From Guyparkeria sp. (GTDB lineage Bacteria; Pseudomonadota; Gammaproteobacteria; Halothiobacillales; Halothiobacillaceae): 64,000 nucleotides of DNA. The position numbers and the translations under genes are program-made. Every line of letters begins with the position of its first letter. Within the stretch, counting starts at the first letter, position 1. The stretch covers positions 10,377-74,376 of the forward strand of contig NZ_JAWLBP010000005.1 of NCBI RefSeq assembly GCF_041687595.1. Direction: 5' to 3'. Below, one piece after another: positions 1 through 9,448 of the stretch. The notes under the pieces were generated by a model. It ran no database searches. It saw only the letters and a list, made by a program, of their open reading frames with translations, and was not told where the DNA came from.

Positions 1-300
1 ACCACCTTCGACGATCCTCGGTCCGCGGACGCATTCAGCGCCAGGCTCCTGGACGACGGGCTGGTGGCCTGCGTCAACCGTGTGGGCCCCGTGACCTCGT
101 CCTATCACTGGCAGGGGGAGGTCTGCCGGGACGAGGAATACCAGCTTCACATGAAAACCAGCCTCGAGCGCGTGGATGATCTCAAGGCGGCCATCGAGCG
201 CCTGCATCCCTACGACTGCCCCGAGGTGCTCATCCTGCAAGCCGGAAGCAGCCAATCCTACTCACAATGGGTCCAGCAATGCGTTCGAACCACCCCCTGA
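1..300 (+). CDS. cutA: Divalent-cation tolerance protein CutA (5'-truncated by window)
   Basis: Frame 1 is open from base 1. LVACVN...SSYHWQGEV...E...KT...HPYDCPEV motifs. Stop overlaps the dsbD ATG (cutA-dsbD synteny). Confidence 0.93.
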   Translation, partial: TTFDDPRSADAFSARLLDDGLVACVNRVGPVTSSYHWQGEVCRDEEYQLHMKTSLERVDDLKAAIERLHPYDCPEVLILQAGSSQSYSQWVQQCVRTTP

Positions 301-2654
301 TGTCGTCCTCCCTGCCGCTCGCATTCCGCCGCGGCCTGATGGCGGGCATGGCCCTGCTCGCCATGACGTGGGCCACCCTCTCGGCCGCCCAGCCCGAACT
401 GCTCCCGCCCGAGGAAGCCTTCGGGGTACAGGCCCAAGCCGAGGATGGCGACATCCGGCTCGACTTCCAGGTGGTCGAGGGCTACCACCTCTACCGCGAC
501 AAGCTCGAGATCGAGGCCGGTGACGGCCTGACAATCGGCGACCCCGAGCTGCCCGAAGCGGTCGTCGTGGACGACCCGGTCTTCGGCGAGACACCGGTGT
601 ACAAGGCAGACTTCACCGCGCGGGTGCCGATCACCGAGAGCGCCGGGGGCGAGACGACGATCACGGTCAACTACCAGGGTTGCTCCGACATCCACGGCGT
701 CTGCTACCCGCCGGAAACCCACGAACTCCCCGTCGACCTGCCCGAGACGTCAGTCGCCGCGGCCGGCGAGGAAGCCGGTGCCGACAGCGACCGTTCGCGT
801 AGCGGTGGTCTGAGCGGCCTTTCCGCCAATGCCGAACCCCTGGACCCGGAGGTGGCCTTCCGCCCGGATATCACCGTTGACGGCTCCTCGGTGTTCGTAC
901 GCTTCGACGTCGCCCCCGAGTACTACCTCTACCGCGACCGCCTCAAGGCCGCCGTGGCGAACGGCGACGCCGAGATCACGGCAGCCGCTCTTGGCGAGGG
1001 CGAGCGCAAGGATGACCCCAACTTCGGCACGGTCTGGGTCTTCCACGACCAGCTGGACACCGAGCTGTCGGTGGACGCCGACGCGCCTTACACGCTGGTG
1101 ATCGGCTACCAGGGCTGTGCGGACATGGGCCTGTGCTACCCGCCGATGGAGAAGGCCTGGCGCATCGATCCTGCCTCAGGTTCGGCCGAACGGCTCGACG
1201 AGATCCCGGGCGATGTCGGCGACCTGCCGGCGGTCGAGGAACTGCCGGCGATGGATGGAACCGCCCGTCCTGATCAACCCGCTGACGTGGCCGACTCGGC
1301 CGGCGCCGGTGCCTCGGGCGCCGAGACGACCGCCACCGAGGGTGCCTCGGAAACCGACCAGATCACCCAGCGCCTGATGTCCGACAACCTGTGGGCCATC
1401 ATCATCGGCTTCCTGGTCTTCGGCCTGCTGCTCGCTCTTACGCCCTGCGTCTTCCCGATGATCCCGATCCTCTCGGGCATCATCGCCGGGCACGGCGAGC
1501 ACATCACCACACGCAAGGCCTTCATCCTGTCGGTCGTCTACGTGCTGGCCATGGCGATCACCTACACCGTCGCCGGGGTGCTGGCCGGCATCTTCGGCGC
1601 CAACCTGCAGGCGGCCTTCCAGAACCCCTGGGTCCTCGGCACCTTCGCGGCGATCTTCGTCGCCCTGGCCATGTCGATGTTCGGATTCTTCGAACTGCAG
1701 CTGCCCTCCTCGCTGCAGTCGAAGATCATGCAGGCACAGAACCGCCAGCAGGGCGGCACGCTTACCGGTGTAGCGATCATGGGCTTCCTCTCGGCGCTGA
1801 TCGTCGGCCCCTGCATGGCGCCGCCACTGGCCGGAGCGCTGATCTACATCGGCCAGACCGGAGATGCCGTACTCGGCGGCGTGGCCCTGTTCGCCCTGTC
1901 GATCGGCATGGGCTTGCCTCTCATCGCGGTGGGCACCCTGGGCGGCAAGTACATGCCCAAGGCCGGCACCTGGATGAACCTCACCAAGGCAGTGTTCGGC
2001 GTACTCCTGCTGGGCGTGGCGATCTGGATGCTCGAGCGCGTGCTGCCGGCCTCCGTCGCCCAGTTGCTGTGGGCCGGTCTGATCATTGCCTCGGCCATCT
2101 ACATGGGCGCGCTAGAACCCATCCGCGAGGCGGCTTCCGGCTGGATGCGCCTGTGGAAGTCGATCGGCCTGGTGCTGCTGCTCTGGGGGGTACTGATCCT
2201 CATCGGCGTGGCCGCCGGTGGCAAGGGAACGGTGTTCGCCCCGCTCTCGGGCATCAATATCGGTGGCGGCACTGCCCAGACGGCCGAGCTGCAGTTCCGT
2301 CAGGTGAACGACGAGGCCGAGCTCGACGAGGCACTGGCACAGGCGAGGAACGCCGGCCAGCCCGTCATGCTCGACTTCTATGCCGACTGGTGCGTGGCCT
2401 GCAAGGAAATGGAACACAACACCTTCAGCGACCCCGGGGTCATCGAGGCACTCGACGGCTTTCTGGTGCTGCAGGCCGACGTGACGGCCAACAACGCCGA
2501 TCACAAGGCCCTGCTCAAGCGCTTCGACCTCTTCGGCCCGCCCGGGATCATCTTCTGGGACGCCCAGGGCGAGCGCGTGCGCCAGCACTGGGTGGTCGGC
2601 TACCAGCCGCCCGAGCGCTTCCTGACGCACGTCACGGCGGTAGCGAATCGCTGA
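300..2654 (+). CDS. dsbD: Thiol:disulfide interchange protein DsbD with two N-terminal Ig-like domains
   Basis: Signal peptide; two QGC...CYPP N-domains; TM domain with TPCVFPM and GPCMAPP; C-terminal thioredoxin WCVACK. ATG at 300 overlaps the cutA stop. Confidence 0.95.
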   Translation: MSSSLPLAFRRGLMAGMALLAMTWATLSAAQPELLPPEEAFGVQAQAEDGDIRLDFQVVEGYHLYRDKLEIEAGDGLTIGDPELPEAVVVDDPVFGETPVYKADFTARVPITESAGGETTITVNYQGCSDIHGVCYPPETHELPVDLPETSVAAAGEEAGADSDRSRSGGLSGLSANAEPLDPEVAFRPDITVDGSSVFVRFDVAPEYYLYRDRLKAAVANGDAEITAAALGEGERKDDPNFGTVWVFHDQLDTELSVDADAPYTLVIGYQGCADMGLCYPPMEKAWRIDPASGSAERLDEIPGDVGDLPAVEELPAMDGTARPDQPADVADSAGAGASGAETTATEGASETDQITQRLMSDNLWAIIIGFLVFGLLLALTPCVFPMIPILSGIIAGHGEHITTRKAFILSVVYVLAMAITYTVAGVLAGIFGANLQAAFQNPWVLGTFAAIFVALAMSMFGFFELQLPSSLQSKIMQAQNRQQGGTLTGVAIMGFLSALIVGPCMAPPLAGALIYIGQTGDAVLGGVALFALSIGMGLPLIAVGTLGGKYMPKAGTWMNLTKAVFGVLLLGVAIWMLERVLPASVAQLLWAGLIIASAIYMGALEPIREAASGWMRLWKSIGLVLLLWGVLILIGVAAGGKGTVFAPLSGINIGGGTAQTAELQFRQVNDEAELDEALAQARNAGQPVMLDFYADWCVACKEMEHNTFSDPGVIEALDGFLVLQADVTANNADHKALLKRFDLFGPPGIIFWDAQGERVRQHWVVGYQPPERFLTHVTAVANR

Positions 2655-2669
2655 CGCCAGGCGTCGACG

Positions 2670-2694
2670 AGCCCCGCTCCGGCGGGGCTTTTTT
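2670..2694 (+). terminator. Rho-independent terminator after dsbD
   Basis: AGCCCCGC-TCCG-GCGGGGCT stem followed by a T-run. Confidence 0.85.
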
Positions 2695-2764
2695 GCACCT
2701 GAAAGCAAGTTCGTGAAAAATCGGCCAAATAGCGTCGATCCGCAAAAAACTACCGGCGAACACG

Positions 2765-2793
2765 TGGACTTGGGCCGATTCAACGGGCACAAT
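2765..2793 (+). promoter_or_regulatory. Putative sigma70 promoter of aroQ-accBC-prmA
   Basis: TGGACT-17 nt-CACAAT upstream of aroQ. Confidence 0.45.
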
Positions 2794-2861
2794 GCGGGAA
2801 AATCACCAGGTCGATCCGTGACAAGGTTCGTCACGTTCGCGACCGCAAGCAGCGAGTCTCC

Positions 2862-3314
2862 ATGCAACGGATTCTGGTACTCAACGGCCCCAATCTGAAT
2901 CGACTCGGGACGCGCGAGCCCGGGCGCTACGGCCGCCTCACGCTCGGGGACATCACCCGCCGACTAGAGGCCGCGGCCGAGACCGCCGGGGTGACACTGG
3001 AACACTTCCAGAGCAACCACGAAGGCGAGGCCATCGACCGCATCCACCGTGCGGGGGATGAGGGTGTCGACGGCATCCTGCTCAACCCCGGCGCCTGGAC
3101 GCACACCAGCATCGCCCTGCGCGACGCCCTGCTGGCGGTCGACCTGCCCTTCATCGAGATCCACATCTCCAATATCCACGCCCGCGAGGCCTTCCGGCAG
3201 CACTCGTACTTCTCGGACATCGCGCTGGGGAGCCTCGTCGGCCTGGGCGCGCTCGGTTACGAACTCGGCCTGCGCGCGCTCGTCGAACATCTGGACGCCA
3301 GCGCGTCCGACTGA
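2862..3314 (+). CDS. aroQ: Type II 3-dehydroquinate dehydratase
   Basis: [37 protein letters not shown] motifs; aroQ-accB-accC synteny. Confidence 0.96.
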   Translation: MQRILVLNGPNLNRLGTREPGRYGRLTLGDITRRLEAAAETAGVTLEHFQSNHEGEAIDRIHRAGDEGVDGILLNPGAWTHTSIALRDALLAVDLPFIEIHISNIHAREAFRQHSYFSDIALGSLVGLGALGYELGLRALVEHLDASASD

Positions 3315-3345
3315 CAGAACAAACGCAAACTGCAAGAGAACCGCC

Positions 3346-3792
3346 ATGGACATCCGCAAGGTAAAGAAGCTGATTGAACTGCTCGAGGAATCGGGCGTCG
3401 CCGAGATCGAGATCCGCGAAGGCGAGGAGTCCGTCCGCATCTCCCGGGCCTCCCAGCAGCCGCCCATGATGCAGGCTCCCGCGCCCCAGCCGGCCGCACC
3501 GGCACCGGCGGCCCCGACCGCCGCCGAGCCGAGTGCCGCCGAATCGGCCGAGCCTGCCGGGCAGACGATCAACTCGCCCATGGTGGGCACCTTCTATCGT
3601 GCCTCGTCGCCCGAGGCCAGCCCGTTTGTCGAGGTGGGCACCACGGTCAAGAAGGGCGACACCCTGTGCATCATCGAGGCGATGAAGATGTTCAACCAGA
3701 TCGAGGCCGAGGTCGACGGCACCATCAAGTCCGTTCTGGTGGAAAACGGCCAGCCGGTGGAATACGACCAGCCGCTGTTCGTGATCGAGTGA
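3346..3792 (+). CDS. accB: Acetyl-CoA carboxylase biotin carboxyl carrier protein
   Basis: [12 protein letters not shown] start, Ala/Pro linker, [13 protein letters not shown] biotinylation site. Confidence 0.97.
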   Translation: MDIRKVKKLIELLEESGVAEIEIREGEESVRISRASQQPPMMQAPAPQPAAPAPAAPTAAEPSAAESAEPAGQTINSPMVGTFYRASSPEASPFVEVGTTVKKGDTLCIIEAMKMFNQIEAEVDGTIKSVLVENGQPVEYDQPLFVIE

Positions 3793-3844
3793 TCCCGCTC
3801 GACACGCCATCGGCCCACCCCGTATTTCCAGGAGTCATTCGAAG

Positions 3845-5191
3845 ATGCTGAACAAGGTTCTGATCGCCAACCGGGGCGAGATCGCCCTGCGGATCCTGCG
3901 TGCCTGCCGTGAACTCGACATCGGCACCGTGGCGGTGCATTCCACCGCGGACCGTGACCTCAAGCACGTCCGCTTGGCCGACGAGTCGGTCTGCATCGGC
4001 GGACCGCGATCCAACGAGTCCTATCTCAACATCCCGGCGCTGATCGCCGCCGCCGAGCTCACCGACGCCTCGGCCATCCACCCCGGCTACGGTTTCCTCT
4101 CCGAGAACGCCGATTTCGCCGAACGGGTCGAGGAATCCGGTTTCATCTTCGTCGGCCCGACCGCCGAGTCCATCCGCATGATGGGCGACAAGGTCACGGC
4201 CAAGGAGACCATGCGGGCCGCCAACGTACCTTGCGTGCCCGGATCGGAGGGCGCGCTGGACGACGATCCGGACGAGAACCAGCGTCTCGCGCGCGAGATC
4301 GGCTACCCGGTGATCATCAAGGCCGCCGGCGGCGGCGGTGGACGGGGCATGCGCGTGGTCCATACCGAGGCCCATCTCCATCACGCCATCGAGATGACCA
4401 AGAGCGAGGCGGGGGCGGCCTTCGGCAACCCGGAAGTCTACATGGAGAAGTTCCTGGAGCACCCGCGCCACATCGAGGTCCAGATACTCTCCGACGGCCA
4501 GGGCAATGCCATTCACCTGGGCGAGCGCGACTGTTCGATGCAGCGCCGCCACCAGAAGGTGATCGAGGAGGCCCCTGCCCCGGGCATCACCGCCGAGCAG
4601 CGCGCCGAGATCGGTGCCGTCTGCGTCGACGCCTGCAAACGGATGAACTACCGTGGCGCCGGCACCTTCGAGTTCCTCTACGAGAAGGGCAGCTTCTACT
4701 TCATCGAGATGAACACGCGCCTGCAGGTCGAACACCCGGTGACCGAGATGATCACCGGGATCGACCTGGTCAAGGAGCAACTGGCCATTGCCGCCGGCAT
4801 CCCGCTGTCGCTCACCCAGGAGGACATCGAGTTCCGCGGGCATGCCGTCGAGTGCCGCATCAACGCCGAGGACCCGGCCACGTTCGTGCCCAGCCCCGGC
4901 AGGATCTCCAGCGTGCACTTCCCGGGCGGGCTGGGCGTGCGCGTCGACTCGCACATCTACAACGGCTATTCCGTTCCGCCGTACTACGACTCGATGATCG
5001 GCAAGCTGATCACGCACGCGGGGGACCGCGAGGCGGCGATCCGCCGCATGCACGGCGCGCTTCACGAGATGGCTATCGACGGCATCAAGACCAACATTCC
5101 TCTCCACCGAGAGCTGATGGCTGACGCAAACTTCATTGCCGGCGGCATGGACATCCACTTCCTGCACAAGCGGCTTGGAATCACCTCCTGA
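3845..5191 (+). CDS. accC: Biotin carboxylase
   Basis: [47 protein letters not shown]. Confidence 0.98.
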   Translation: MLNKVLIANRGEIALRILRACRELDIGTVAVHSTADRDLKHVRLADESVCIGGPRSNESYLNIPALIAAAELTDASAIHPGYGFLSENADFAERVEESGFIFVGPTAESIRMMGDKVTAKETMRAANVPCVPGSEGALDDDPDENQRLAREIGYPVIIKAAGGGGGRGMRVVHTEAHLHHAIEMTKSEAGAAFGNPEVYMEKFLEHPRHIEVQILSDGQGNAIHLGERDCSMQRRHQKVIEEAPAPGITAEQRAEIGAVCVDACKRMNYRGAGTFEFLYEKGSFYFIEMNTRLQVEHPVTEMITGIDLVKEQLAIAAGIPLSLTQEDIEFRGHAVECRINAEDPATFVPSPGRISSVHFPGGLGVRVDSHIYNGYSVPPYYDSMIGKLITHAGDREAAIRRMHGALHEMAIDGIKTNIPLHRELMADANFIAGGMDIHFLHKRLGITS

Positions 5192-6087
5192 TGGCCAACG
5201 AGTGGCAGCAGCTCTGGCTGGACGTGCCGCGCGACGACGTCGAGGCGGTCGAGGACGCACTGCTGGCCGCCGGGGCCCTGTCGGTGACACTCGAGGAACT
5301 CGGCGACGAACCGGTTCTCGAGCCGCAGCCGGGCGAATCGCCCCTCTGGGCCGAAGTGCGCGTGGTGGGGTTGTTCGAGGGTAGTGTCTCGCCGGCGACC
5401 ATCGTCGGGGTGCTGCATGGCGAGCTCCGACCTGCCCTCCTGGAGGGACTGGGTCACCGGGTATTCGACGAGGACGACTGGGTCCGCCGTACGCAAGCGG
5501 ACTTCGCCGCCATGCCCATCGGCGAACGGCTGGTCATCGAGCCAGCCTGGGAGGACTCCTCCACCGAGACCGATCGCCTGCCGATCCGGCTCGATCCGGG
5601 ACTGGCGTTTGGCACGGGCAAGCACGAGACCACACGGCTGTGCCTGGAATGGCTCGAGTCGCAGGACATCGCCGGCCAGCACTGGCTGGACGCCGGCTGC
5701 GGCTCGGGCATCCTCGCCATCGCTGCGCTCAGGCTGGGAGCGGCGCGGGTCGACGGTACCGACATCGATCCGCAGGCGCTCACCGCCAGTCGCGGCAATG
5801 CCGAACTCAATGACATCGAAGCCGAACGCTTCGCGCTGTACCTGGCCGACGACTATCCGTCGGACCGGCAAGTCGACGGGATACTGGCCAACATCCTAGC
5901 GCCTACCCTGATCCAACTGGCGCCGGTGCTGAGTGCTCACCTAAAGGCCGGCGGTCGGTTCGCGCTGTCCGGTATCCTGACCCACCAGGCCGACGCAGTG
6001 GCCGCGGCCTGGACGGCCGCCGGCAACGAGGTGACCACCTTCCGGGAACTGGGGGACTGGGCGCTCGTGGCCGGACGCCGGCCCTGA
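5191..6087 (+). CDS. prmA: 50S ribosomal protein L11 methyltransferase
   Basis: LDPGLAFGTGKHETT, DAGCGSGIL, ANILA, LSGIL motifs; downstream of accC. Confidence 0.96.
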   Translation: MANEWQQLWLDVPRDDVEAVEDALLAAGALSVTLEELGDEPVLEPQPGESPLWAEVRVVGLFEGSVSPATIVGVLHGELRPALLEGLGHRVFDEDDWVRRTQADFAAMPIGERLVIEPAWEDSSTETDRLPIRLDPGLAFGTGKHETTRLCLEWLESQDIAGQHWLDAGCGSGILAIAALRLGAARVDGTDIDPQALTASRGNAELNDIEAERFALYLADDYPSDRQVDGILANILAPTLIQLAPVLSAHLKAGGRFALSGILTHQADAVAAAWTAAGNEVTTFRELGDWALVAGRRP

Positions 6088-6099
6088 TCACGGTCGCGG

Positions 6100-6972
6100 C
6101 TAACGTCCGGGCGTTGAATCGCCACCCTCTTCCCGCGCCAACTCGTTTTGCCGAGCTTCCCGCTCCTGGTCCAGGAGTGCCTCGATTCGATCCAGCCGGT
6201 GGAGGATCTGCGTGTCAATGCGCTCCTCGTCCTCGGTGCTCGCCTCCATCCTCAACCCCACGAGGAACGCCGCGATTGAGGCACTGATCAGGCTCAACCA
6301 GATCACCGCCATCGCCACGAAGATAAGCCCCATCAGCCGCCCCGATTCCGTCTGTGGCACCAGGTCGCCGTAACCAACCGTGGAAAGGGTCACCAGCGTC
6401 CACCACATCCCGTCGCCGAAACCGTCGAAGGTCTCCGGATCGAGCATGGGCATGATCGAACCGCCCAGCGCCAGCAGAAAGGCCGTCATCAGGATAATGG
6501 CGAAGAAGACGTGCTGCCCAAGTTCACGGAAGTAGCGCCGACCGACACGCAGGGCGGTGATGACCACCAGCAGCCCCCGCAGCAGACGGGCACCGAGCAG
6601 AAAATTCACCCCCGGAATGAAAAGCAGGGGCAGCCCGAAGGCCACCACGGCCACCAGGAGCCAGTTGGTCCTCAGGTAGAAGGCGCGATCCTTGACCAGC
6701 GCCAGCAGCACCAGCTGCTCGACGAGAAAGAACCCCCACAGGATCACGTCGATGCCGAAGCCCTCGGACACCGAGAGGTGTCCGGTGTGAACCAGGTACC
6801 ACTCGACCGGTATCCACATTGCGATGAACAGCAGGGGAAGTTCCAGCCGGAATGCCCAACGCTTCGCCACCCGACTCTCGTGGTCCGCCACCCCGGCGAT
6901 GCCAAGAAGACGCGTGAGGGTCACGCCCCAATGAATCAGGAGGCGCGCGGCATCGTGCTCCGGTCGCGTCAT
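6100..6972 (-). CDS. Potassium channel family protein (6TM-like)
   Basis: WWTLVTLSTVGYGD selectivity filter; Arg-rich S4-like helix ARLLRGLL...LRVGRR; several TM helices. Confidence 0.85.
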   Translation of the reverse strand: MTRPEHDAARLLIHWGVTLTRLLGIAGVADHESRVAKRWAFRLELPLLFIAMWIPVEWYLVHTGHLSVSEGFGIDVILWGFFLVEQLVLLALVKDRAFYLRTNWLLVAVVAFGLPLLFIPGVNFLLGARLLRGLLVVITALRVGRRYFRELGQHVFFAIILMTAFLLALGGSIMPMLDPETFDGFGDGMWWTLVTLSTVGYGDLVPQTESGRLMGLIFVAMAVIWLSLISASIAAFLVGLRMEASTEDEERIDTQILHRLDRIEALLDQEREARQNELAREEGGDSTPGR

Positions 6973-6976
6973 CGGA

Positions 6977-8212
6977 TCACCCGCCGAACCGCTGCCCACC
7001 GGCCATGCGGGTCATCCACCGGCGCAAGGGGGGTAACCCGGCGACGGCCTGGGTAGCTGCGGTCCGCGCGGTGACGATAAGGGGATCGCGACGACGATAC
7101 CCCCAGTCGAACCCGTCCATCAGCGACTGGACGAGGTGGTTGTCCGCCCGGCGCATGCGCTCGTAGCGTTTCGCCAGGCGGACATCGCCCGGTTCCCGCC
7201 CCCGGGCCGTCTCCTCGGCAATCACCGCATCGAGCGCCTCGACATCGGCAAAGCCGAGATTGGCGCCCTGCCCGGCCAGGGGATGGATCGAATGGGCAGC
7301 ATCGCCGACCAGGAGGACCCGCTCGGCCCAGTAGCGGTGGGCGTGCAGGCGGCGAATGGGAAACCACCCCTGGGCGGCGACCGACTCGATCTCGCCCAGT
7401 TCCGCCGGGAAGTGCCGCATCGCCTCGTGGCGCAGGGCCTCCGGGTCGAGGCCATGGCGGGCGCGCACGCGCTCGGGCCGGTCGTACCAGACCAGTGAAC
7501 CGCGCGGGCCGGCCAGCGGCAGGAACGCCTGCGGACCGTCGGGCGTGAAACGCTGCCAGGTGATGTCCTGTTGGGGATAGGCGGTGTCCACCGACAGAAT
7601 CTGCGCGGCCACCGCGTAGTCCCGGCTGCTCGCGCCGATCGATGCCGCCTCGCGCACCCAGGACCGCTGACCGTCGGCACCGATGACCAGCTCCGCGGCC
7701 ACCTCGCGCCCGTCCTCCAGGGTCAGGCGCGCCTCGCGGGCCTCGACGGCCAGGCGCTTCGGCACGCTGCCGGTCAGCAGCTGCACGTTGTCGCACTCGG
7801 CAAGCTGCTCCCAGAGCGCGTACTGCACACGACGGTTCTCGACGATGTAGCCGAGATACGGCCGCCCGATCTCGGCGGCATCGAAGGTGAGATCGCCGGG
7901 CGCGACGGCATCGAAGACGCGCATGCGCCGGTACAGGGCGGACCGTTCCGCACGGATGGCTTCCCAGGCGCCCAGCCGGTCCAGCAGGGCGATGCTCGCC
8001 GGGGCCAACGCCGAGACGCGCAGGTCGAAGGCGTCGGCACCGCCTAGCGGCCGGGGACGCTCCCGCTCGATCAGCACCACGTCGCGGTTCTGCCGGGCCA
8101 GAGCCAGGGCGGCGGCGGCGCCGACCATGCCTCCGCCGACCACCGCGATCTCGCCGCGGATGGTCCGCTGGCTCGGCGCCGTGTCGGCCCTGCCCGTATC
8201 GACGCCAACCAT
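6977..8212 (-). CDS. UbiH/UbiF/UbiI-family FAD ubiquinone hydroxylase (UbiF-like features)
   Basis: VVGGGMVG, DLRVSAL, GADG, GDAAHSIHPLAGQGANLG. Confidence 0.9.
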   Translation of the reverse strand: MVGVDTGRADTAPSQRTIRGEIAVVGGGMVGAAAALALARQNRDVVLIERERPRPLGGADAFDLRVSALAPASIALLDRLGAWEAIRAERSALYRRMRVFDAVAPGDLTFDAAEIGRPYLGYIVENRRVQYALWEQLAECDNVQLLTGSVPKRLAVEAREARLTLEDGREVAAELVIGADGQRSWVREAASIGASSRDYAVAAQILSVDTAYPQQDITWQRFTPDGPQAFLPLAGPRGSLVWYDRPERVRARHGLDPEALRHEAMRHFPAELGEIESVAAQGWFPIRRLHAHRYWAERVLLVGDAAHSIHPLAGQGANLGFADVEALDAVIAEETARGREPGDVRLAKRYERMRRADNHLVQSLMDGFDWGYRRRDPLIVTARTAATQAVAGLPPLRRWMTRMAGGQRFGG

Positions 8213-9444
8213 CAGGCTATCCCCCGCGTCGCGCGCACGAGACGATTCTTCATCGGCAGCAGCCCGTCGAACATCGACAGTGTCGCCCCGCGCACATGGC
8301 CCAGGCCCGGCAGGTCGAGGGAGAAGCCGCGCACGAGACTGTCAGTCAGGCCGATGGTACGGCGATAGTCGGCCATGCGAAGCCCACGATATCGGGCCAG
8401 TCGCTGAGGATCCCCAGGATCCACGGCCTCGTCGGGGTCAGGGCGCAGCACTCGGGTCAGGTCGCGGATGTCCCGCAGGCAGAGGTTGAAGCCCTGCCCG
8501 GCGACCGGGTGCAGGGCATGCGCGGCGTTGCCCATCACTACCAGCCGGTCGGCCACCGCCTGCTCGGCGGTGACCAGCGCCAGCGGGTACTGGGCCCGCG
8601 TGCTCGGTGCCGAGAACCCGCCCAGTCGGTGACCGAAGGTCTCGTCCACCGCCCGGGCGAAGGCAACGTCGTCCAGCGTGGCGATCCGGCGGGCCTCGCC
8701 GCGTCGGGCCACCCAGACCAGCGAGACGCGACCGTCCGCCGCCGGCAGCACCGCGAGCGGCCCGCCCGTGGTGAAGCACTCGAAGGCCACGCCCCCATGC
8801 GGGCGGGCCGGCATGGCCGTGGCCACGGTGGCCACCTGGTCGTACTCGCGCCGCCGCACGCTCATGCCGGCCTGCTCGCGCACCGGCGACTCGGCGCCGT
8901 CGGCGGCCACCATCAGCCGTGCCCGGATCGTCTCGAGCCGCTCATGTCCGTCCGCGATCCGGACGTCGATGCCCGACTCGTCGCTCTCGTGGGAGACATA
9001 CCGGGCCGGGCGGCGATAGTGGATGACTCCCTGCCCGGTCACAGGCACATCGAGCAAGGCCTCGATCCGCTCCCCCAGTTCGCGGTTGGGCATCACGTAT
9101 CCCAGCGCTTCGATCCCGGCCGAACGGGCCGTGATGCGCGTCAGCCCGAAGTGGCCACGGTCGAACACCCGCACCTCGCGAATCGCGCCGGCCGACTCGC
9201 GCAGCGAGCGGTCGACCAGCCCGAGCGTGTCCATGTACTGCCAGCCGGCATCAGCCACCGCGGTCAGCCGCTGGTCGAAACTGGTCGACCGCTCGGGTGC
9301 CCGCTGCTCGATGACCGTGACGTCCCAGCCGTCCCGGGACAGCGCCTGTGCCAGCACGCCGCCGACCATCCCCCCGCCGACGATGACCACGTCGGTCGCC
9401 GTCGACCGTTCATCCGGATGGAGGGAGCGGGGTTCCTGGTTCAT
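8212..9444 (-). CDS. ubiH: 2-octaprenyl-6-methoxyphenol hydroxylase
   Basis: GNAAHALHPVAGQGFNL, 'ALGYV', TDSLVRGFS; follows pepP. Confidence 0.88.
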   Translation of the reverse strand: MNQEPRSLHPDERSTATDVVIVGGGMVGGVLAQALSRDGWDVTVIEQRAPERSTSFDQRLTAVADAGWQYMDTLGLVDRSLRESAGAIREVRVFDRGHFGLTRITARSAGIEALGYVMPNRELGERIEALLDVPVTGQGVIHYRRPARYVSHESDESGIDVRIADGHERLETIRARLMVAADGAESPVREQAGMSVRRREYDQVATVATAMPARPHGGVAFECFTTGGPLAVLPAADGRVSLVWVARRGEARRIATLDDVAFARAVDETFGHRLGGFSAPSTRAQYPLALVTAEQAVADRLVVMGNAAHALHPVAGQGFNLCLRDIRDLTRVLRPDPDEAVDPGDPQRLARYRGLRMADYRRTIGLTDSLVRGFSLDLPGLGHVRGATLSMFDGLLPMKNRLVRATRGIA

Positions 9445-9448
9445 GGGG

